64,000 bases of DNA from positions 8,487-72,486 of IMG/VR virus record IMGVR_UViG_3300035696_000034. One strand, given 5' to 3'. The notes below the pieces were generated by a model. That model had not been told where the DNA came from, made no database searches, and worked only from the letters and a program-made list of their open reading frames with translations. Positions within the stretch are counted from its first letter, which is position 1. Each line of letters begins with the position of its first letter. Shown in pieces: positions 33,630-42,844 of the stretch. This stretch comes from a virus. Lineage: Duplodnaviria; Caudoviricetes. The position numbers and the translations under genes were made by a program.

Positions 33630-33839
33630 ATGCTCAAAATTATTAACCGTCCACTCCCACAGGCTTGCTGTAGCTCGTGTGGCGGTAAAATTGGTGACCC
33701 CTTTCACGATGATAACTGCCTAGCGTATCAGAGTAGCCAGCACCCTATTAGAGAAATTTTATTTTCATTTTTACGTGTAAGTATATTAAGTTCAGTACTA
33801 ACATTTATTACAGTGTTGTTAAACGGAGGCGTACGCTAA
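33630..33839 (+). CDS. hypothetical protein
   Basis: 69 aa; end overlaps tRNA-Ser. Confidence 0.4.
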   Translation: MLKIINRPLPQACCSSCGGKIGDPFHDDNCLAYQSSQHPIREILFSFLRVSILSSVLTFITVLLNGGVR

Positions 33840-33914
33840 CTGGTAAGCGACAACATTGGAAATGTTGCGTCCTTTAAAATGGACTTGGGCGTTCGAGCCG
33901 CTCCGCCTCCGCCA
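33825..33914 (+). tRNA. tRNA-Ser (GGA)
   Basis: loop TTGGAAA, long variable arm, G73-CCA. Confidence 0.88.
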
Positions 33915-34068
33915 TTAAATTGAGTATTACCGAAATGTCTTTATAAGGAAATCTTTATGAAGAAAAATTTGATGCGCTGGTACCTCTTCTGTCGGTGTGA
34001 CAAGTGTCATAGCAAGGATGCTACTGACTTCAGTGCCCCTGCTATTTCCATTTTTCTTCATTTTTATT

Positions 34069-34098
34069 TTGATACAGTCTATTCCAAAAAAGTATATT
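34069..34098 (+). promoter_or_regulatory. sigma70-type promoter
   Basis: TTGATA-18nt-TATATT. Confidence 0.55.
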
Positions 34099-34117
34099 AT
34101 AAGTAGATGAAAGGAGT

Positions 34118-34753
34118 GTGGTCCACGTGAGTGTCATAGTCTTAACCGCCACTGGATATTTCTGGGATGAAGTGTCTGACTTGAGAAGGGTCCTTAGGTG
34201 GATGCTGAACGACAAAATTGAAGTACTGAGGTACGACGAGAATCATGTCTATCAGAGTGCGGGAGATTTTGGCCGTGAAGGTACCGTTTTGAGGATTAAG
34301 ATACCTCTTGTCGTGCGTCTTCTGAAATTCGCTGGATGTAAAATAAAGGATGAAATAATAGCCTATTCCAGTGATGCTGTATACGATAGGGACAGGGACA
34401 TTTGTCAATATCTTCACGAATATGTCCTTGACGAAGATGGAAATGCTACTCCTTGTGCTCCTTACAAGTATAGGTGCACTGAAGACGAAAAGTCAATTGA
34501 CCATATTATCCCTATATCTAAGGGAGGTAAGACTGATTTCTTGAACTGTGTTACAGCATGTAAATACTGTAATGAAATTTTGAAGAGGAATCATCTCCCT
34601 AAAGAAGCTGGTCTGAAATTAATTCGTCAGCCTTTCATACCAACCAGGAAGGTTGGAGAGTTATGGATGCCGAAGTTCACCTATAATCCTCATAAGATAG
34701 CTCACAAGGCTTTCTTTGAGCTTATGGGCTGGGAGTTCAGTCACAAGGCATAG
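34118..34753 (+). CDS. HNH endonuclease (McrA-like)
   Basis: VYDRD..CQY..SIDHIIPISKGGKTDFLNCVTACKYCN. Confidence 0.85.
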   Translation: MVHVSVIVLTATGYFWDEVSDLRRVLRWMLNDKIEVLRYDENHVYQSAGDFGREGTVLRIKIPLVVRLLKFAGCKIKDEIIAYSSDAVYDRDRDICQYLHEYVLDEDGNATPCAPYKYRCTEDEKSIDHIIPISKGGKTDFLNCVTACKYCNEILKRNHLPKEAGLKLIRQPFIPTRKVGELWMPKFTYNPHKIAHKAFFELMGWEFSHKA

Positions 34754-34766
34754 ATATTTGTTCTTT

Positions 34767-34932
34767 GAAAGGCAATTGCGTTTGGCGGAATCGAGACGCT
34801 GCTCTTATGAGGTGTGACCCTTAACTGGGAATGCCGAGTCGGAAGGCGACCAACATAAGCTAAGATTATAGTGGAGCTGAATCCACGCGGCCCACCTGTT
34901 GTTCTGTTGAAGCGGGAACGCAATTGCTTTTC
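34767..34932 (+). ncRNA. unclassified structured RNA candidate E
   Basis: 16-bp closing helix GAAAGGCAATTGCGTT/AACGCAATTGCTTTTC; several internal hairpins. Confidence 0.55.
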
Positions 34933-34963
34933 TTATAATCATATAACATGAAGGATACTTATT

Positions 34964-36133
34964 ATGAAAGAAGCCATCTACGCAGCCTCCCTTGATCCCA
35001 TAACCTATGGACATGTAAATATCGTAGAACGGGCTCTGAATGTCTTTGACCATATCCTTGTGGCGATAGGAGTCAATGAGACCAAGGAGTCCTTATTCTC
35101 GCTCGAGGAACGGGAAATACTGGCCAAAAAAGAACTAGCCCGTTTCGGTAATCGAGTGAGAGTAAAATCCTTCAAAGGTATGCTCTCGGATTTCGCCTAC
35201 GGAAATGACATCAAGACAGTAATAAGAGGCGCTAGAAGTACTCCCGATTTCGATTATGAAAAGCTGCTCAGCGATATTAATCGCTACAGTGGTGTAGATA
35301 CGATCATATACACCACCATCCCCAGGCTCGCTCATGTAAGCTCAAGCGCAGCCAAAGCGATTACGCTCAATGCTGGCAAGAACATCCTTGATTATGTTTC
35401 CATGACTGTTAAACATCGTCTGGAAGAGAAGCTACTATATCAATATCGAATCGGCGTTACCGGTGTGATTGGATCTGGAAAGTCTTATATCACAGAACTC
35501 TTTCGAAATTACGTAATAAACAAAAGACCACTATGGTGTCAGCCACATGTGATAGATATGGATAAGATCGGTCATTATATCCTTAAAACGAGTGCCGAAC
35601 CTATCCACAAAAAAGTTCGAAAAGAAGTGTGCAAGCTTCTCAAAATAAAAGAGTCCAATAAAGGCGTGGATCTTGGAGAGCTTAGAAAGAAAATATTTGA
35701 CGACTCATATAGTCCAAACAGGGATAGTTTTAATAATTTGATGCGTGAGCCTATGATGTATGAATTAAGAAAATTCTTGTTGGAGAATAAAGGGAATATA
35801 GGCTGGAACAGCGTTGTTCTTATCGTGGGAGCTCTTTTAGTCGAAATGAAGGGTCTTAGCGAATTCAATAATAATTTACTTATGGTCGATTGCCCAAAAG
35901 ATTTAATCGTCAGCCGTTTGAAAAAATCGCGGGGATACAGTGACAAGGATATCGAAATACGCTTAGCAGCTCAAAACTCCTTGAGCATTAAAGGAAAACG
36001 TCTTGATGAAAAAATGCACGATGATGGATACGGTCACGGATGGCTAGTAGAAAATGACAAGACATTAATGCAAGATGAGCTACTTTCAACGTTTGATAAG
36101 ATATTAAAAGAAATGGGGATTTGGAATGGATAG
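34964..36133 (+). CDS. coaD: fused phosphopantetheine adenylyltransferase / dephospho-CoA kinase (CoaD-CoaE)
   Basis: SLDPITYGH, IRGAR..DFDYE, VSSS (CoaD); IGVTGVIGSGKS, IDMDKIGH, RL.AQ (CoaE). Confidence 0.85.
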   Translation: MKEAIYAASLDPITYGHVNIVERALNVFDHILVAIGVNETKESLFSLEEREILAKKELARFGNRVRVKSFKGMLSDFAYGNDIKTVIRGARSTPDFDYEKLLSDINRYSGVDTIIYTTIPRLAHVSSSAAKAITLNAGKNILDYVSMTVKHRLEEKLLYQYRIGVTGVIGSGKSYITELFRNYVINKRPLWCQPHVIDMDKIGHYILKTSAEPIHKKVRKEVCKLLKIKESNKGVDLGELRKKIFDDSYSPNRDSFNNLMREPMMYELRKFLLENKGNIGWNSVVLIVGALLVEMKGLSEFNNNLLMVDCPKDLIVSRLKKSRGYSDKDIEIRLAAQNSLSIKGKRLDEKMHDDGYGHGWLVENDKTLMQDELLSTFDKILKEMGIWNG

Positions 36134-36782
36134 AGGTGTTGAATTCATTCAAGTTATAAAAGATCTCCTTAACTGTGTGAACCATGGGGGCATAATACAT
36201 GTAGCCCAGATGGTTTATGACATCACGAATTCATACGGGGAAAGTTTCAGACACTATCATACCCTTGAACATATAGCAGACTGCTTCGAAGAATACGAAG
36301 AGGTGAAAAAGCATTTCAGGAAGCCTATTTTTGTCAAGTTTGCTTTATTGTACCACGACATAGTCTATATACCTGGATATGACGGTAACGAAAGGGCGAG
36401 TGCTGCAAGGGCAGCGTTAGATGCCTACAAGTTAGGTTTAGGAGAGGAGCAACGTAAATACATAATGGACTGTATTGAGGCAACTGCGCGGCCTGCTGGT
36501 AGTATACTCATGTGCTCAAAAGACCATGAGTACGTTCATGACATTGATTATAGTATTTTAGGTCAGGATAAAGAGACATTTATACAGTACGAGAACGCCA
36601 TACATAACGAATTTTCCATATCATATGACGACGATAAATATCGCCACGGAAGACTCATGTTTTTAAATAAACTGTTAAACTTAAATAGCATATATTTTAC
36701 TGATCATTTCTGTAAGAAATATGAGAAAAAGGCAAAAGAAAATATAAGGTACGCCATAAATGTACTTAATAGAGGAAAGTAA
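36126..36782 (+). CDS. HD-domain metal-dependent phosphohydrolase
   Basis: RHYHTLEHI, LYHDIVY..NERASA, DIDYSILG. Confidence 0.85.
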   Translation: MDRGVEFIQVIKDLLNCVNHGGIIHVAQMVYDITNSYGESFRHYHTLEHIADCFEEYEEVKKHFRKPIFVKFALLYHDIVYIPGYDGNERASAARAALDAYKLGLGEEQRKYIMDCIEATARPAGSILMCSKDHEYVHDIDYSILGQDKETFIQYENAIHNEFSISYDDDKYRHGRLMFLNKLLNLNSIYFTDHFCKKYEKKAKENIRYAINVLNRGK

Positions 36783-36783
36783 A

Positions 36784-37386
36784 ATGGATGCTTGGCTGAC
36801 TGCAGATACTCACTTCGGATATACTGTTAAGGATACAGACGGAGGTATTGAAAGGCCTAAGGATTTCTCTGAAAAGCTTTTCAAAGGGCTTCAGAGATCT
36901 CTTACACCTTACAGCACGCTCATACATCTTGGAGATTTATGCTACAGGGATGACGAAATCTGGAATAAAAGATTAGCAGAACTTCCAGGTAAAAAGTGGC
37001 TTATTATCGGGAACCACGATAAAAAGTCGATCACATGGTATCTTGATAATGGGTGGGATTTTGCAGGTCATACTATATCCCTGATAGCTTTTGGTAAAAA
37101 TATATTGTTTTCGCATATACCAATGATGACGGATAATCTTTGTGCCGGTCCAAAAGGCTATTCAGAGCATAGATTTGATATAAATATTCACGGGCATTTT
37201 CACGATTTTCCAGCAGAGAAAGTGAAAGAGAAAGAGCCCGAGATATATAAAATACTGAATAAAAAACATTTTCTTATCTCTATGGAAAAGCTCAATTATC
37301 AGCCTATAAAACTGAAAAGGATAGTCGAACTTTTCAACACTGGAAAGTACCATGGACTCGAAAATGCCCTTACTCCTAACCCGTGA
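36784..37386 (+). CDS. calcineurin-like phosphoesterase
   Basis: ADTHFG, HLGDL, GNHD, SHIP, HGHFH. Confidence 0.85.
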   Translation: MDAWLTADTHFGYTVKDTDGGIERPKDFSEKLFKGLQRSLTPYSTLIHLGDLCYRDDEIWNKRLAELPGKKWLIIGNHDKKSITWYLDNGWDFAGHTISLIAFGKNILFSHIPMMTDNLCAGPKGYSEHRFDINIHGHFHDFPAEKVKEKEPEIYKILNKKHFLISMEKLNYQPIKLKRIVELFNTGKYHGLENALTPNP

Positions 37387-38407
37387 TGACTTCCGAGAGA
37401 AAGTCTTCGAGAGAGACTCTCATAAGTGCGTATTGTGCGGGGTGGAGGCTGCAGATGCCCACCATATCTTAGATCGCTCTCTCTTCGATGATAGTGGTTA
37501 CTATGTCGAAAATGGAGTTTCACTCTGTACTTTTCATCACCTTGAAGCAGAGAAAACCCACATAACTTGTGATGAGCTCAGGGAAGCTGCTAAAATTAAA
37601 ACCAGGTGCATGCCTGAACACTTCTATCTTGATGAGAATTATGATCACTGGGGAAACATTGTGTTGCCCAACAAGATGAGACTTAAAGGTGAGCTGTTTG
37701 GTAATGAGAATGTTCAGAAGATACTTAAAGAAGCTGATGTTTTGGATTTATTCCAAAAATACATTAAGCAGTCCCGAACATTCCACCTTCCTTGGAGTGA
37801 GAACCTTCAGAATGATGATCGTAAACATGAGAATGTAGAATTCCTTTTGAATAAGCCTGTTGTAACTACCTTGAAGATGGACGGTGAGGGATCCAGTTTG
37901 TGTTCTGACCACATGCATGCTCGGTCTATTAACTCTGGACACCACCCATCTAGAAGCTGGTTAAAAGCCCTTCATGGTCAAATAGCACAGGACATACCAA
38001 AAGGATTTCGTGTGGTAGGAGAGAATGTTTATGCTAAGCACTCAATTTATTATCAACATCTCAAGACCTATTTTTATGTATTTTCTATATGGAATGAAAA
38101 CAATATAGCTTTGAGTTGGGATGAAACTCATGAGTATGCCGAACTGCTAGGATTAACTATGGTACCTGAAATTTGTTTCGGGACCTATAAGACCATAGAG
38201 GAAATGAGAAGTGATATAGAGACAAACCTTGAAAAATATTCGAAAATCTGCAAAGACGAAATAGAGGGTTATGTCGTTAGGTTAGCCGATAGGATACCCT
38301 ATAAGGATTGGAGGATATCTTCGGGAAAGTTCGTAAGAAAAAATCATGTACAAACTTCAGAAAATTGGATTACACAACCAGTAATTCCTAATAAGCTTGA
38401 GGAATAG
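37352..38407 (+). CDS. RNA ligase with N-terminal HNH domain
   Basis: FERDSHKCVLCG..DAHHI..NGVSLC..HH (HNH); KMDG motif I, GEN, EGYVVR, KFVRKNHV. Confidence 0.85.
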   Translation: MDSKMPLLLTRDDFREKVFERDSHKCVLCGVEAADAHHILDRSLFDDSGYYVENGVSLCTFHHLEAEKTHITCDELREAAKIKTRCMPEHFYLDENYDHWGNIVLPNKMRLKGELFGNENVQKILKEADVLDLFQKYIKQSRTFHLPWSENLQNDDRKHENVEFLLNKPVVTTLKMDGEGSSLCSDHMHARSINSGHHPSRSWLKALHGQIAQDIPKGFRVVGENVYAKHSIYYQHLKTYFYVFSIWNENNIALSWDETHEYAELLGLTMVPEICFGTYKTIEEMRSDIETNLEKYSKICKDEIEGYVVRLADRIPYKDWRISSGKFVRKNHVQTSENWITQPVIPNKLEE

Positions 38408-38410
38408 TCT

Positions 38411-39304
38411 ATGCGTACGATACATTTTTTCCGGGGATTGCCTGGCTGCGGGAAGAGCACTGAAGCTCTCAAGATGCTTGAGGAGCATCCAGACAGGTAT
38501 CGCAGGGTAAATAAAGACTCCATAAGAACTATGCTTATTGGACCTAGAGTAGCTTTCTATGCTGAAGCTATGGTCGAAAGTATCCAAAATCACTGCATGG
38601 AGATAGCTTTGGCCAAGGGTTTTGATGTCATCTGTGACAACACCAATCTCAAAGAGAAGTATTATCTGGATGCGTGTGCTGTAGCTAAACGAGTAGGAGA
38701 TGTCCAGATCATTGAGCGTTATTTTGATGTTCCTTTGGAAGAGTGTTTAAAGAGAAATGCAGGAAGACCTAACCCTGTCCCTGAAGATGTGATAAGAGGT
38801 ATGTGGGAGAAAAATATTAAGGGGAAGATTGTTTCCCAAAGGACGGAGTATTTTCCTCCTGTAATAAGAACATTTGAAAAAGATCCAAATCTACCGGATG
38901 CCATAATTTCGGATGTTGACGGGACTGTGGCTCTCAATCAGGCTGGGAGAAGCTATTATGATTTTACTCGAGTCCTGGAAGACTTGGTAAATGTCCCTGT
39001 CGCCAATCTCATAAGAGACTACAAGAAAAAGGGAGTCACAATAATCATTGTATCGGGAAGAGATGATGTCTGTCAGGCAGACACTGAAACCTGGTTCAAG
39101 TGCAATGATATCCCTTTTGATGCGCTTTATATGAGAGTTACTGGTGATAAAAAGAAGGATAGTGCCCTCAAAGAAGAAATCTATAACAAGTATATTAAGG
39201 GGAAGTACAACGTCCTTTTTGTTTTGGACGATAGACAAAAAGTCGTAGATAAATGGCGTGAACTTGGCCTTACTTGTCTGCAGGTAAATAGCGGAAATTT
39301 CTAA
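38411..39304 (+). CDS. pseT: polynucleotide 5'-kinase / 3'-phosphatase (T4 PseT-like)
   Basis: GLPGCGKST P-loop; DVDGT HAD motif; VLDDRQKVVDKWR.LGL. Confidence 0.9.
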   Translation: MRTIHFFRGLPGCGKSTEALKMLEEHPDRYRRVNKDSIRTMLIGPRVAFYAEAMVESIQNHCMEIALAKGFDVICDNTNLKEKYYLDACAVAKRVGDVQIIERYFDVPLEECLKRNAGRPNPVPEDVIRGMWEKNIKGKIVSQRTEYFPPVIRTFEKDPNLPDAIISDVDGTVALNQAGRSYYDFTRVLEDLVNVPVANLIRDYKKKGVTIIIVSGRDDVCQADTETWFKCNDIPFDALYMRVTGDKKKDSALKEEIYNKYIKGKYNVLFVLDDRQKVVDKWRELGLTCLQVNSGNF

Positions 39305-39811
39305 ATGAAAGAAATAGTCTCCGAAAAACATCTGAAGTCAATAGTTAAGAATTTGGCCAGCCAAATAAATCTTGATTATTTGCATGCCGACGGGTTTATT
39401 ATAATAGGACTCTTAAAAGGCTCATTCATTTTTTTGGCAGATTTGATACGACAGATCGAACTCCCTGTTAAGGTGGATTTCATATCAGTCTCAAGCTATA
39501 AAGATAATACTCAAGGATCTGAAATAAAAGTAAATATGAATTTAAGTGTTTCAATCGCTGACAAAGATGTTTTGGTTGTTGAAGATATTGTTGACTCTGG
39601 AAAGACTCTTTCAACAGTACTGAATTTGCTAGCACAAAAAAATCCAAAGTCTTTAAGGACGTGTGTCCTGTTAAACAAGAAACGACCTAGAGTTATCGAT
39701 ACGCACATAGACTATTGTGGCATGGAAATTCCAGATGTTTATCCTTTTGGTTATGGTTTGGATGATGATGAGTTTTTAAGAGGACTCCCTTTCATTGCTT
39801 ATAATAAATGA
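39305..39811 (+). CDS. hpt: hypoxanthine phosphoribosyltransferase
   Basis: LKGSFIFLADL, VLVVEDIVDSGKTL, GYGLD. Confidence 0.92.
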   Translation: MKEIVSEKHLKSIVKNLASQINLDYLHADGFIIIGLLKGSFIFLADLIRQIELPVKVDFISVSSYKDNTQGSEIKVNMNLSVSIADKDVLVVEDIVDSGKTLSTVLNLLAQKNPKSLRTCVLLNKKRPRVIDTHIDYCGMEIPDVYPFGYGLDDDEFLRGLPFIAYNK

Positions 39812-39820
39812 GAACCAAAC

Positions 39821-41077
39821 ATGTATGATGTAGTTATTATAGGATCTGGACCTGCTGGACTCGGGGCTGCATTTCATCTCTCTGAGCATTCAACCAAATC
39901 AATTCTGCTTATAGATAAATCAAAACTAAGCTCTGGTGGCCTTCGTAATGACTGCAAACAAAATTATAAATATCCGATAGGGTTTCCAACTGAACTTTGG
40001 AGTGAACAGCTTAGTACAAAACTATTAGAGGTCGTGGAAGAGCACCTAAAACCCGATATCATACCCTCCTCGGAGAAAATTAACATCTATAAACAAAGGG
40101 CACAGAAGCTTAATACGAATCTCATAGAGATAAGGCAAGCTCACGTTGGAACTGATAAATCAGCTACATTGATTAGTGACTTGATAAATCAATTACAGAA
40201 AAACGGTGTGGAGATATGTCTAGATAAAGCTGTAGGTTCGTTCAGTGACGGAAAAGTTGTTTTAGATACCTCTTTTGAAGAAATAAAATGTAAAAACATA
40301 ATCGTGGCTCCAGGAAGGGCAGGATCAGGCTGGCTTAGAGAGTGCATGAAGAGATTAGATATTAGCTTTGTCGACAATGTCGTTGATATAGGAGTTAGAG
40401 TTGAAGCGAAAGAGCAGTACTACCCAATAGTAAAAGATTACTATGATCCCAAGTTCATGTTTCCGGACGATGTCAGAACTTTCTGCACCAACTCAGGAAA
40501 TGCTCACGTGGTAAAAGAAAAATATCCATCATATTTCTCCGTAAACGGTCACTCATTTTCGAACTCAATGAAATCAAACGGTCTAGTCAATTTTGCCCTA
40601 TTAAAAACAATTAAATTGACCGATCCGGTAGTCAGCGGTTATGATTTTGCAGAAATATTGGGAAAAGCTGCAATGAGTCTCAGCAACGGAAAACCTTTAA
40701 TGCAAAGAGTTGGTGATTTTAGATTGGGAAAAAGATCAAAAAAAGAAACATTCAATAACGATCTTTACGATTTCCTACCTACTTTAAGAGATGCTACCCC
40801 GGGGGATATTGGTTTAGCAATACCAGCAAAGATTTTGAGGCATATTTGGAAATCGATGAAAACCCTGGATACCATTATTCCAGGGATATTATACCCCTCA
40901 ACTATCATGTATTATCCAGAAATAAAGACATATGCAAATAAACCCAAATTTATTGATGATTATTTCAGGGTTAAGAATAATATTTTTATGATTGGGGATG
41001 GTGCTGGGGTAAGTAGGGGCATAACCGCAGCCTGGGCCTCTGGAATAAGAGCTGCAAAAGGAATTTTGTTAGATTAG
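39821..41077 (+). CDS. NAD(P)/FAD-dependent oxidoreductase
   Basis: IGSGPAGL, GDGAG.SRGI..A.ASG. Confidence 0.85.
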   Translation: MYDVVIIGSGPAGLGAAFHLSEHSTKSILLIDKSKLSSGGLRNDCKQNYKYPIGFPTELWSEQLSTKLLEVVEEHLKPDIIPSSEKINIYKQRAQKLNTNLIEIRQAHVGTDKSATLISDLINQLQKNGVEICLDKAVGSFSDGKVVLDTSFEEIKCKNIIVAPGRAGSGWLRECMKRLDISFVDNVVDIGVRVEAKEQYYPIVKDYYDPKFMFPDDVRTFCTNSGNAHVVKEKYPSYFSVNGHSFSNSMKSNGLVNFALLKTIKLTDPVVSGYDFAEILGKAAMSLSNGKPLMQRVGDFRLGKRSKKETFNNDLYDFLPTLRDATPGDIGLAIPAKILRHIWKSMKTLDTIIPGILYPSTIMYYPEIKTYANKPKFIDDYFRVKNNIFMIGDGAGVSRGITAAWASGIRAAKGILLD

Positions 41078-41195
41078 TTTTAAAACAAGGAATATGTCCT
41101 TGAAAAGAAATCATGGGTGGTTGTGAAAATTTGAAACAGCTATAAAAAGTTTCTAATAATCTAGTAATACATTTTAGATGTATAAAAGGAGCCTT

Positions 41196-41336
41196 ATGAA
41201 CAGAACACAGATATATCTAACGGACAAAGAACAAAAAAATCTTAAAAAAGAAGCCGATGAAATAGGCATATCAAAAGCCGAGCTTGTAAGAAGAATCCTT
41301 GATAAGCACATAGAAGAAAAGAAAAAATGTATATAA
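41196..41336 (+). CDS. CopG/ribbon-helix-helix regulator (46 aa)
   Basis: MNRTQIYLTD....L...A...GISKAELVRRILD; ATACAT/ATGTAT palindrome upstream. Confidence 0.8.
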   Translation: MNRTQIYLTDKEQKNLKKEADEIGISKAELVRRILDKHIEEKKKCI

Positions 41337-42556
41337 GTATACCAGCAACCATCCATGACGGAGACTTTGAAGTTCTCAAGCAACTTATGAGAGACTGGTC
41401 TTCTTGTAAAAGATATGCTTATCAACGGATACACAAAGATAAGCTGGCTGGCAATAATGTTAAAAAAGCCTGTAAACCTATTTATATGTCTAAACTTAAC
41501 GCCAGATATATAGCAGATGCCGTTTTAGAGGCTCAAAAAATAAATCAAGATCATGCCATATTCGGTAGCAAAAAACTATGGAATAAACTTATTTCAAAAC
41601 TAATAACCAAAAAAGAGTGGCAGGAAGTAAGAGACTCAGAATTATATTCGAGGGGAGAACGTTCTAAAAAAGGTAACGCAAATATACGTGTCTTCAATAC
41701 TCCCGAAGGATATAAGCTTAGAATAGGACTTTCAAAAGCCTATGCATTTACAACATTTACTCTCTATATACCTGAAGGACACAAGAAAAATCAAAAAAAT
41801 TATAAGAGTATGTTCGACTTGTATTCGGACTGCTATGATATAAGAATCAAATATAAATCAGGTAAGTTTTATGCTCAGATAGGTTTAGATGTTCCAGAAG
41901 TAAAACCCATTTATCTGTGTAAAAATGGAGTCGTTGGAGTAGACACTAACCCCGATGGTTTTGCTATCATTGAAACAAACTTTGATGGAAATCTTTTACA
42001 CCACGAGTATTTAAAAAATGACAGGCTTCAATATGCTAGTCATAATAAGAGAAAAAGTGATATAGAGGCTTTAGCTATTCTGGTAGTGAATAAAGCCATC
42101 CTATCGAATAAAGGTATAGCCTTGGAAGATTTAAAATTCAGTGAAGGAAAAAACAGGTACAAAAAATTTAATAGGATGAAACATAATTTTATATATCGTC
42201 AACTCTTATTAGCCGTTGAACGCAGGGCTATTAAAGACGGGGTTGAAGTCAGGAAAGTAAATCCTGCTTTTACTTCTATTGCAGGGATCCTCAAATACCA
42301 AGAGCAGTACTCGTTGAATCGTCATACTGCAGCAGCATTTATAATAGGCCGTCGCGGTTTAGGGATCGTGGAAAAGATAAGGGTTAGGCTGGAGCCGTTA
42401 AAGAACAAGAAGCTGAACCTTGCAGGAAGAGGTTTCAAGATTGCTTTGACGGTGAAGGCTTACTCCTATTTCAAGAAGCTCTATAATATCCTTGAAGTTA
42501 AAACGCCAGGGCTCACAGCCCCGTGCCTTACTCCCTTGTCGGGGAATACGGCATAA
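41327..42556 (+). CDS. tnpB: IS200/IS605 TnpB-related RuvC nuclease (no Zn finger)
   Basis: VGVDTN, IALEDL, VNPAFTS, HTAAAFIIGRRG. Confidence 0.85.
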   Translation: MYISIPATIHDGDFEVLKQLMRDWSSCKRYAYQRIHKDKLAGNNVKKACKPIYMSKLNARYIADAVLEAQKINQDHAIFGSKKLWNKLISKLITKKEWQEVRDSELYSRGERSKKGNANIRVFNTPEGYKLRIGLSKAYAFTTFTLYIPEGHKKNQKNYKSMFDLYSDCYDIRIKYKSGKFYAQIGLDVPEVKPIYLCKNGVVGVDTNPDGFAIIETNFDGNLLHHEYLKNDRLQYASHNKRKSDIEALAILVVNKAILSNKGIALEDLKFSEGKNRYKKFNRMKHNFIYRQLLLAVERRAIKDGVEVRKVNPAFTSIAGILKYQEQYSLNRHTAAAFIIGRRGLGIVEKIRVRLEPLKNKKLNLAGRGFKIALTVKAYSYFKKLYNILEVKTPGLTAPCLTPLSGNTA

Positions 42557-42763
42557 GCTAATCCGTAGGGCAGTAATGCCTTAGAGTTAGTGGTAATCGG
42601 ACTCTATTTCTAGTCGAGTCCGTATGAGGTCTAAGGATCTCAGATAGGAGTTGAAAGGACTCCTTTAAAAAATCTGCTTAAAATAAATTTTGACAGATTT
42701 TCTAAACTAGGGAAACCTATGATGCAAAGGGTCGATGGTTTTAAAAAATAAAAAAGAAACATC
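42540..42763 (+). ncRNA. putative omegaRNA/reRNA scaffold
   Basis: series of hairpins (GGCA/TGCC, GGACTC/GAGTCC, AGGAGT/ACTCCT, AAAATCTG/CAGATTTT) 3' of tnpB. Confidence 0.5.
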
Positions 42764-42844
42764 GGGACCAGTAGAGGAGTCACAGCGGCATGGGCTTCAG
42801 GGATCAGAGCTGCGATAGGGATTTTATTAGAAAAGGGGATTTAA
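42764..42844 (+). repeat. orphan original 3' end of the oxidoreductase gene
   Basis: encodes GTSRGVTAAWASGIRAAIGILLEKGI*; its TAA overlaps the next ATG (TAATG). Confidence 0.85.

Larger units (their letters stand above)
41006..42763 (+). mobile_element. TnpB-family element: recoded target 3' end, RHH gene, tnpB-like gene and structured right end
   Basis: flanked by two diverged copies of the oxidoreductase C-terminal codons (41006-41077 and 42764-42844). Confidence 0.7.

Noticed and set aside
30745-42763. CRISPR-Cas12/Cas14 system
   Set aside because: No repeat-spacer array or cas1/cas2 anywhere in the window; treated as TnpB-like.
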